A stretch of DNA of 64,000 nt, from the NCBI GenBank assembly GCA_963793645.1, contig CAWCAW010000004.1:293793-357792 (forward strand), in the 5' to 3' direction. Within the stretch, counting starts at the first letter, position 1. Every line of letters begins with the position of its first letter. Positions 29,949 to 37,319 of this stretch are shown here, piece after piece. This stretch comes from an uncultured Acidimicrobiaceae bacterium. Its GTDB lineage: Bacteria; Actinomycetota; Acidimicrobiia; Acidimicrobiales; UBA8190. The translations under genes were made by a program, and so were the position numbers. Below the pieces are notes generated by a model. The model had not been told where the DNA came from and did no database searches. It saw only the letters and a list, made by a program, of their open reading frames with translations.

Positions 29949-31706
29949 GTGCTCGACCTCACCATCACCGGCGCCTCGGTAGCCGACGGCACCGGGGCAC
30001 CGCTGCGCCGGGCCGATGTCGCCATACGCGACGGCCGCATCGTGGCTGTCGGGTCGATCGACGAGCCGTCGCGTCGTGTCATTGATGCCGAGGGACAGGT
30101 GGTTGCGCCCGGCTTCATCGACATCCACACCCACTACGACGCCCAGCTGCTGTGGGACCCGGGGGCGAGCCCCTCCCCTCTCCATGGCGTGACCACCGTG
30201 ATCGGCGGGAACTGCGGGTTCTCCATCGCCCCGCTCGATCCCTCCCAGGTCGACTACGTGCGGCGCATGATGGCGCGGGTCGAGGGGATTCCGGCGGAGG
30301 TCTTGGGAGCCGTCGCCTGGGACTGGACCACCTTCGGCCAGTACCTGGACCGTCTGGTGGGGTCGATCGCCGTCAACGCCGGCTTCCTGGTCGGCCACTC
30401 CACGGTGCGCCGGGTGGTGATGGGCGAGCGAGCCGTCGGGGAAACAGCCACCGACGAGGACATCGCCGCCATGGTCACGCTGGCGGGAGCATCGATGGAC
30501 CAAGGGGCGTTGGGTTTGTCGTCGTCACTTGGCGAAGCGCACACCGACGGCGACGGTCGACCGGTGCCATCTCGCGCCGCCACCGCCGGGGAGATCCTGG
30601 CTTTGGCATCCGAGGTGAAGCGCCACGCGGGCACGACCTTGGAGTTCATCGCCGCCATGGGCGAGATCCCCGAGGAGCGGATCCGCCTCATGACGGACAT
30701 GTCCTTGGCCGCCGATCGTCCCCTCAACTGGAACCTGCTCGGCAGCCTCTCACCCACCGAGATCGTCGAACAGCAGCTGTCTGCCACCGACTACGCGCGC
30801 CACAACGGCGCCGAGGTGGTGGCCTTGGCGCTCCCCGATGTGATGCGCATGCGGGCGAGCACCCTGTTCGACTCGCTGCCCGGTTGGCGAGATGTCGTCG
30901 GGCTCGATCCCGAAGCGCGGCGGGCGGCGGCGGCCGACCCGGCCGTGCGAGCCCAGCTCCGAGAGGCGGCGGCTCGGGTCGCGGCCGGCGGCCTCGGAGC
31001 CATGACGCGCCTCGATCTCCTCGAGGTCGCCCATCCTGGGACCGACGACGACAATGGCAACGGCGCTGACGATGGCGGTGGTGAGCTGGTGGGACGGACC
31101 ATCACCGAGGTGGCCGAAGCCCGGCACGCCGATCCGCTCGACGTGCTCATCGACGTGGTGGCGGCCCGGCGCCTGCCCCTGACGTTGGTGTTCCCCACGC
31201 TGTTCCCGTCGCTGGGCACATCCGACGATGGGTGGCGCCGTCGCGTGGACGTCTGGAAGGACAGCCGCGTCGTTCTCGGTGGATCGGATGCGGGCGCCCA
31301 TCTCGATCTCATGTGCCATGCCAACTACCCCACCGTCGTGCTCGGTGAGGTGGTGCGCCGGCGGGGCCTGTTGTCTCTCGTGGAGGCGGTCCACATGTGC
31401 AGCGACGTGCCCGCTCGCCTCTACGGACTGCGCGGGCGGGGCCGTATTGCCGAAGGATGGGTGGCCGACGTGGTGGTCTTCGACCCGAGCGCGGTGGCCA
31501 GCGAGGCACCTCGGCCCCGCTATGACCTCCCTGGTGGCGGCATGCGCCTGGTGGCGCAGTCCGTTGGGGTATCGCATGTGATCGTCAGCGGCACCGAGAT
31601 TGTGGCGGGAACCGAGTTCACCGGCGCTACCCCCGGCACGGTGCTGCGATCGGGTCGCGACACCGACACGGTGACGGTGCCGGGCGCCACGGCATCAACC
31701 TCTTAA
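29949..31706 (+). CDS. N-acyl-D-amino-acid deacylase family amidohydrolase (second copy)
   Basis: (GTG) MLDLTITGASVADGTGAP...DGRIVAVG...VAPGFIDIHTHYDAQLLWDP... Paralogue of 6720..8444. Confidence 0.85.
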   Translation: MLDLTITGASVADGTGAPLRRADVAIRDGRIVAVGSIDEPSRRVIDAEGQVVAPGFIDIHTHYDAQLLWDPGASPSPLHGVTTVIGGNCGFSIAPLDPSQVDYVRRMMARVEGIPAEVLGAVAWDWTTFGQYLDRLVGSIAVNAGFLVGHSTVRRVVMGERAVGETATDEDIAAMVTLAGASMDQGALGLSSSLGEAHTDGDGRPVPSRAATAGEILALASEVKRHAGTTLEFIAAMGEIPEERIRLMTDMSLAADRPLNWNLLGSLSPTEIVEQQLSATDYARHNGAEVVALALPDVMRMRASTLFDSLPGWRDVVGLDPEARRAAAADPAVRAQLREAAARVAAGGLGAMTRLDLLEVAHPGTDDDNGNGADDGGGELVGRTITEVAEARHADPLDVLIDVVAARRLPLTLVFPTLFPSLGTSDDGWRRRVDVWKDSRVVLGGSDAGAHLDLMCHANYPTVVLGEVVRRRGLLSLVEAVHMCSDVPARLYGLRGRGRIAEGWVADVVVFDPSAVASEAPRPRYDLPGGGMRLVAQSVGVSHVIVSGTEIVAGTEFTGATPGTVLRSGRDTDTVTVPGATASTS

Positions 31707-31921
31707 CGCACCGCCGCCGGTTGCTTCGGTTCCAGGTGCCCGAGCAGCATGGCCACCGCGCAGAAAGAGCAGTAGCGATAGCCCACCACGGTTTGGCATG
31801 GCCTGACCGTGTGGTGGCGCTCGGGGCGGTAGTCCTCGCACGTTGCCCCCGCCAGTTCCTCGCTGCAATAAAACGGTGTTCCATCGGCGTGCACCACCAG
31901 ATATCCGCTGCACAGTCCCAT
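31703..31921 (-). CDS. small Cys-rich hypothetical protein (72 aa), tentative
   Basis: This is the only ORF in the gap with protein-like composition, about three-quarters GC3 by my codon read. Six Cys including CSFC. AAGGGG lies about 8 nt upstream of the ATG. No family recognised. Confidence 0.35.
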   Translation of the reverse strand: MGLCSGYLVVHADGTPFYCSEELAGATCEDYRPERHHTVRPCQTVVGYRYCSFCAVAMLLGHLEPKQPAAVR

Positions 31922-32108
31922 GTCGCCACCCCTTACCTCGTGCTTTCACTGTTGGAAGGAGTACCCGGGCGAGAACTTGCGGGTCCTGTGCACAACACAC
32001 GCGCAACTACGCCCCGCTCTCACCGCAGGTCACCACAACGACACAACAATGGGTGGCCACCGTGCTGCGCCCTATAGGCGGGTCGTTGGGAGGCCGAAGC
32101 ACGTAAGG

Positions 32109-33299
32109 ATGCTCCGGGATACCGAGGTCCATGCCCCCCGCACCGAGACCCGTTGGATCTCGGTCGGGCACTCTCGCACGCCCGACGCCGCCAGCGCCGG
32201 GGCCCAGGCCGCCGGCCAGGCGTTGCAGGGTGCCGAAGCCAAGTTGCTGGTGGTCTTTAGCGCAGATTCCTATGACCCCCATGAGCTCTTGGCCGGCATT
32301 TGCTCCCAAGCACCCGGGGTTCCTCTGATCGGCTGCTCCACCGCCGGCGAGATCGCCACCGATGGGCCCAGTGACGCCGGCGTGGTGGTGGTGGCCCTGG
32401 GCGGTGAGGGGTTTTCGGTGGCCACGGCGGCCGAAGATGCCGGGCCGGGGCTGCGCGAGGCGGGAGCCACCGTCGCCCAGTGCGCCAACCTCGTCAAAGA
32501 CCGCGCCCATCGGGTGCTGTTGCTGCTCGCCGACGGACTGGCCGGTGACCAACAAGAAGTGGTGAGAGGGGCCCATGGCGTGGTCGGGTCGGAGATCCCT
32601 CTCGTCGGTGGATGTGCGGGCGACGACCTGAAGATGCAGTCGACCACGCAGTTCCATGGCACCGACGTATTGACCAACGCCGTGGTGGCGGTGGCGCTCG
32701 GGTCCGACGCGCCTCTCGGTGTGGGCGTGCGCCACGGGTGGCAACGAGTGGGCTCACCCATGCTCGTCAGCGCCAGCAGCGCCAATCGCGTGCTCACCCT
32801 CGACGACGAGCCCGCCCTCGACGTCTACCTGCGCGGGCTGAACGCCCCGGAGGAAGCCGCCCATGACCCCGAGGCCTTCACTCGATTCGCGCTGACCCAT
32901 CCCCTGGGCCTCCAGCGCCGCAGCGGAGAAGAGGTCCGCTTCGTGGCGGGAGCCGATTTCGACGATCGATCGCTGGTCTGCGTGGCGCACGTGCCGCAAG
33001 GCGGGCTGACTTGGTTCATGCAAGGCGACAGCGACTCGGTATTGGCCGCCACCGACGGCGCCTGCTCCGATGCCGTGAGCCAACTCATGGGGGCTGCTCC
33101 CATCGGATTCCTGGCCTTTGACTGCATCGCCCGACGCGGCGTCCTCGGAGACGCCGGCATCCAACAAGAAGTTGCACGAATCGCCGATCACGCCGCCGGC
33201 GCCCCTGTGGCCGGCTTCTACACCTACGGCGAGATCGCCCGGACCCGCGGCACCGGAGGGTTCCACAACCAGACCCTGGTGGTGCTGGCTCTGGCCTGA
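32109..33299 (+). CDS. FIST-domain sensory protein (FIST_N + FIST_C)
   Basis: ...LLVVFSADSYDPHELLAGI...PLIGCSTAGEI...LVGGCAGDD...GFLAFDCIARRGVLG...VAGFYTYGEIAR... Start trimmed to ATG 32109 (AAGGA upstream). Confidence 0.8.
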   Translation: MLRDTEVHAPRTETRWISVGHSRTPDAASAGAQAAGQALQGAEAKLLVVFSADSYDPHELLAGICSQAPGVPLIGCSTAGEIATDGPSDAGVVVVALGGEGFSVATAAEDAGPGLREAGATVAQCANLVKDRAHRVLLLLADGLAGDQQEVVRGAHGVVGSEIPLVGGCAGDDLKMQSTTQFHGTDVLTNAVVAVALGSDAPLGVGVRHGWQRVGSPMLVSASSANRVLTLDDEPALDVYLRGLNAPEEAAHDPEAFTRFALTHPLGLQRRSGEEVRFVAGADFDDRSLVCVAHVPQGGLTWFMQGDSDSVLAATDGACSDAVSQLMGAAPIGFLAFDCIARRGVLGDAGIQQEVARIADHAAGAPVAGFYTYGEIARTRGTGGFHNQTLVVLALA

Positions 33300-33303
33300 C
33301 GCC

Positions 33304-35607
33304 ATGGAAAGCGTAACGGCCTGGTCGTCCCAACAGCTTGCGGAGTTCGTGGCTTCGGTGTCCGTGTACACCGAGGAATCCGCCGCATTGCGAGGTACGG
33401 TCGAACGCGCCTCTGAGGCCTTCGAGGCCGAGGCGGTGGCCATCGTATGGAGTGGCGCCGTGGTCGCCAGCGTTGGTTTTCCCGCTGATCGAGTACCCGA
33501 AGCGCACCTGGTGGCCGCCGCGGCTCGCCACCAAGACACCGTGGAGGTTCCCGGTATCGGGTTGTGCCAAGTGGTGACCGCACCGCTCGATGTCAGTGGG
33601 CACGATGCGGCCGTGGTCCTGGCCCGGTCGGGCTCCGGATTCAGTCGCGAAGAAGTGAGCCTCTTGCGCGCCATGAATCGAGTCGTCTCGTTGACGATCA
33701 ACAACCTGCGAGTGGTGGCATCACTGCGCGAACGCCAGACGCTGCTCGAGAAGCTGGCCGAGATCGAGCGGCTGATCTCGACGCGGGCCCCCATGGACGA
33801 GATCTTGGACGCCATCACCAAAGGGGTCTCCGAGATCATGGGCGACGAGATCGCCGCTTTGTACCTCATCGACCGCGACGATCCATCGCTTTTGACCATG
33901 GTGGCCGCCGCCGGCCTGGATGCTTTGGTCACTCCCCGCCTGACCAGTGGCCATGTCGGGCGGGGGGCATCGGGGCGCTCCATGGCGGAAAACGAGTTGG
34001 TGGTGATCGAGAGCTATACGTCCTCTCCCCATGCCACCGCCAAGGCCATCGCCTTGAACGTGCACGCCACGGTGGCCGCCCCCGTCCACGAACACGGACA
34101 GGTGATCGGTTCGCTGGCGGTGGCATCAAAGGTCCCGGGTCGCACCTTCAGCCAGAACGAATGCGACGTGCTGAAATCCTTCGCCGAGCACGCCAGCATG
34201 GCCGTGAGCGATGCTCGTACGGTGGCCGCCTTGCACGAGGCGGCCGACGACGCCTTGCACAAGGCCCTGCATGATCCGCTCACGGGGCTCTCGAACCGGA
34301 CTCGCTTCCTCGATCGTCTCGACCATGCCCTGAGTGTCCGTCATCAGCCCGGCGTCGAAGTAGCCGTCTTGTACATCGATGTCGACGATTTCAAACTGGT
34401 CAACGACCGCTTCGGCCACGGCGCCGGCGATGGCTTGCTGGTGGAGGCGGCCGAGCGCGTGGTGGGAGCTGTCCGCTCCGGTGACACCGTGGCGCGTCTG
34501 GGTGGCGACGAGTTCGCCGTGCTCCTCGAGAACACCGGGGGCATCGGTGACGCGCAGAGAGGTGCAACTCGCATTCTCGACGCCTTCCGCGCTCCGTTTG
34601 TGCTCGGGCACACCGACTTGTCCGTCAATGCCAGCATCGGCATCGCCCTCGCCAGCACGGCCGGGATCTCGTCTGATGAAGTGCTGCGCAACGCCGACGT
34701 GGCCATGTATCGAGCCAAAAACTCCGGCAAGGGCTGTGCCGTCGTCTTCGAAGCCGGCATGTACGAGAGCCTCCTCGAACGCATCGAAATGGAAGCGGAG
34801 TTGCGCCGGGCCATCGATCGCGACGAGATCGAGGTCTATTTCCAGCCCATTGTCGATCTGGCCACCGAGGACGTCGTCGGGGTGGAGGCCTTGGCCCGCT
34901 GGTGGCACCCCACCCGGGGGTTCATCCCGCCATCGACGTTCATCCCGGTGGCCGAGGAAACAGGCATCATCGTCACCCTGGGGAGGCAGGTGCTCCTGCG
35001 GGCCTGCTCGTGGGTCGGCTCCTGGCAACAGCGCCACCCTGACGCGTCGCCCCTGTCGCTGAGCGTCAACGTGTCGGCTCGCCAGCTGCAACATCCCGAC
35101 CTCGCCACCGACGTGGCGCAAGCGCTCATGACCGGCGGCCTCAACCCGGGATCGCTTGTGTTGGAGATCACCGAGAGCGTCCTCATCCAAGATACGGAGT
35201 GGGCCCTGGCCCGCCTGCAAGAACTCAAGGACATCGGCGTGCAGCTGGCGCTCGACGATTTCGGCACCGGCTATTCGTCGCTGAGCTACTTACGTCGCTT
35301 TCCGGTGGACCTGCTCAAGATCGACCGGTCGTTCGTCTCCGCACTGAGCACCGGCGAGGAGGTCCCGCTTATCATCGAGGCGATCATCGCCCTCGGCGAT
35401 GCCCTGGGCCTCAAGAGCGTGGCCGAGGGCATCGAGGAACTCGACGAGCTGGCCGCCCTACGCTCCGTTGGTTGTCGATTCGGTCAAGGGTTTCACTTTG
35501 CCCGGCCCATGCCCGCCGACGACCTCGAGCTCTTCTTGGAAAGTTCCTGCCGGCGCGCCGCCTCGGCGGGCCGGGAGTTGGCCGTCAATCCTCTCAGCGA
35601 AAGCTGA
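33304..35607 (+). CDS. GAF-GAF-GGDEF-EAL c-di-GMP turnover protein
   Basis: Two GAF-like regions are followed by ...HDPLTGLSNR...RLGGDEFAVLL... and ...EALARW...DDFGTGYSSLSYL...LKIDRSFV... Starts 5 nt after the FIST stop. Confidence 0.9.
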   Translation: MESVTAWSSQQLAEFVASVSVYTEESAALRGTVERASEAFEAEAVAIVWSGAVVASVGFPADRVPEAHLVAAAARHQDTVEVPGIGLCQVVTAPLDVSGHDAAVVLARSGSGFSREEVSLLRAMNRVVSLTINNLRVVASLRERQTLLEKLAEIERLISTRAPMDEILDAITKGVSEIMGDEIAALYLIDRDDPSLLTMVAAAGLDALVTPRLTSGHVGRGASGRSMAENELVVIESYTSSPHATAKAIALNVHATVAAPVHEHGQVIGSLAVASKVPGRTFSQNECDVLKSFAEHASMAVSDARTVAALHEAADDALHKALHDPLTGLSNRTRFLDRLDHALSVRHQPGVEVAVLYIDVDDFKLVNDRFGHGAGDGLLVEAAERVVGAVRSGDTVARLGGDEFAVLLENTGGIGDAQRGATRILDAFRAPFVLGHTDLSVNASIGIALASTAGISSDEVLRNADVAMYRAKNSGKGCAVVFEAGMYESLLERIEMEAELRRAIDRDEIEVYFQPIVDLATEDVVGVEALARWWHPTRGFIPPSTFIPVAEETGIIVTLGRQVLLRACSWVGSWQQRHPDASPLSLSVNVSARQLQHPDLATDVAQALMTGGLNPGSLVLEITESVLIQDTEWALARLQELKDIGVQLALDDFGTGYSSLSYLRRFPVDLLKIDRSFVSALSTGEEVPLIIEAIIALGDALGLKSVAEGIEELDELAALRSVGCRFGQGFHFARPMPADDLELFLESSCRRAASAGRELAVNPLSES

Positions 35608-35627
35608 CGGCCCTCGCCGCTGTCCGG

Positions 35628-36524
35628 TCAGCCGGCCGGCATGCCCGGCTGGCTCGACCCGTAGACGGCGTTGAACGCCGTTTGCGCCCCGTCGGGCTCA
35701 CCGGGCGTCGACACCTGCGCCCCATTTTGGATCATCACGCCGGCGTCGTTCTGATAGTTCAAGGCGGCCGTGGCGTACTTCGGGCTGCCGCTGCTCACGA
35801 TGCCGGTCAGGATCCCCGCGTTGTCGAAGTCACCGGTATTGGTGGGGGGACTGAAGCTGTAGTGGGACAACGAGGCGATGGCACCATTGACCTCGGGCGC
35901 CTCCACCACCCACTCGGCGGACGATCCGGGTCCCGAATATCCCTGGTCGGTGGTGAAGCTCCAGCTTCGGGTGGTGTCCGAGATGGTGATCGACCAGATG
36001 TGCTCGGTGCCCCGACGGAAGCGCCCGCCGGTGGTGGTCGCCGTCTCATAGATGGCCGCGCTCATCCGGTCCCCCGGCGTCACCGGGTACTTGGTCGTCG
36101 AGATCTCCGTCTCGGCGGCGGGCAGGATCTCCCACCAGGCGTCGTAGTGAGCCGAGCCGCTGTAGTAGTCCTGCTCGGTCCCGGTCTGGATGAGGTCGCC
36201 GTCGTTGTAGCCGTCAACGCCGATCCACGTCGCCGAATAGGTGGTCGAGGAGGCCACCGCCACGGACGGCACCGTCCACGTCGAGGTGACGCCGGTGAAG
36301 CTACCGGTCTCGGCATACCCCGACCAGTTGGACGACGACCACGTGTCGCGCACGGCGCCGTGGAGGCCAGGGGCGTCCGTACCGACGGTGATGCGCGCCG
36401 CGTGGGTGATCACCGGCGCCGCCGCTGCTCCTGGCGACGCACCCAGTGCCCCCAGCGACAGGACTGACGCCATGGCTCCGGCCGGAAGAACGACTACCAG
36501 GGTTCGCATCCCCGCGTGCTTCAT
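35628..36524 (-). CDS. secreted peptidase G1 (eqolisin / Peptidase_A4-like) homologue
   Basis: Signal peptide MKHAGMRTLVVVLPAGAMASVLSLGALGASPGAAAAP. Then ...SSNWSGYA...ATWIGVDGYNDGDLIQTGTEQ...GSSAEWVVEAP..., which parallels the NWAG / WVGIDG / LQTG (Gln) / AEWIVE (Glu) blocks of scytalidoglutamic peptidase. GAGGAGG lies upstream of ATG 36524. Confidence 0.75.
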   Translation of the reverse strand: MKHAGMRTLVVVLPAGAMASVLSLGALGASPGAAAAPVITHAARITVGTDAPGLHGAVRDTWSSSNWSGYAETGSFTGVTSTWTVPSVAVASSTTYSATWIGVDGYNDGDLIQTGTEQDYYSGSAHYDAWWEILPAAETEISTTKYPVTPGDRMSAAIYETATTTGGRFRRGTEHIWSITISDTTRSWSFTTDQGYSGPGSSAEWVVEAPEVNGAIASLSHYSFSPPTNTGDFDNAGILTGIVSSGSPKYATAALNYQNDAGVMIQNGAQVSTPGEPDGAQTAFNAVYGSSQPGMPAG

Positions 36525-36623
36525 GATGACCTCCTCGACTGGCCGGATCGTAGCAACCCGGTGCCGATTTGGCGTGCGGCGCGTTGAGCTCGTTCGTCGG
36601 CTCACGTCCGCACCGAGGCGACA

Positions 36624-37319
36624 TCAGGGCGTCAGATCGACAGGCATGGATTGCCCGGTGCTGAAGTACACGCTCACCGATGTCGACGCCACGCTGGCGA
36701 GGACGGGCCCGTAGCTCAGCGTCACCTGCGCACTCGAACCAGGAGAAAGGTGTACAACCGAACGATTGTTGTGATTGGCCGAGTCGGAGTCCACCACCAC
36801 CCCCTGGCCGAAGCTGATCGGACAGAGCGACGACGGATAATCAGGAGCGACGCCGCAGGCCCCGGAGAATCCCGACTTCGATGCATCAGCGGCCGACATG
36901 ACGAACTGGACGTCACCGGCCAGTCCGCTGGTCAGGTCGTCGAAGTCCGCGAGGCTCTCCGTGTCACTCGAGGAGTTCGTCACCGTCACGGTGTCCCGGA
37001 AGAATTGCTGACCAGGTGCCGCGCTCCATAAGAAACTCCCCACGTCGATGTAGGGCGCCGACATCACAAGGCCCGTCACCACGAGGAACTTCGCACCGGT
37101 GGCGTCGGAAATCGCCACTGATGGCAATGTGGTCGTCGTACTCGACGGTGATGTAGTGGGGGCCGGTGCACTCGTTGTCGACGACGAGGCGGCCGGGCCG
37201 GGACTGCCTCCGCAGCCGGCCAACGCCAGCGCCACCACGACCAGCACGCTACCGGTGGCGCCGGCCAGCGCACCTGGCCACCGGCCGCACCGAGCGCCAT
37301 TGGTGGGGCCCACGATCAT
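36624..37319 (-). CDS. lipoprotein, Ig-like/DUF4352-like (uncertain family)
   Basis: MIVGPTNGARCGRWPGALAGATGSVLVVVALALAGC lipobox, then a Ser/Thr/Pro linker and a beta-rich domain. It appears fused in frame to the rhamnosidase ORF only because of the upstream frameshift. The ATG shares one base with the corrected rhamnosidase stop (TGATG). Confidence 0.65.
   Translation of the reverse strand: MIVGPTNGARCGRWPGALAGATGSVLVVVALALAGCGGSPGPAASSSTTSAPAPTTSPSSTTTTLPSVAISDATGAKFLVVTGLVMSAPYIDVGSFLWSAAPGQQFFRDTVTVTNSSSDTESLADFDDLTSGLAGDVQFVMSAADASKSGFSGACGVAPDYPSSLCPISFGQGVVVDSDSANHNNRSVVHLSPGSSAQVTLSYGPVLASVASTSVSVYFSTGQSMPVDLTP

Noticed and set aside
28188-30503. 771-aa ORF on the minus strand, the longest uncalled ORF
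   Set aside because: It lies antisense to three well-supported plus-strand genes (SDR, amidohydrolase, D-aminoacylase). Its translation is Arg/Gly/His/Val-rich with no motifs. This is a typical high-GC shadow ORF.
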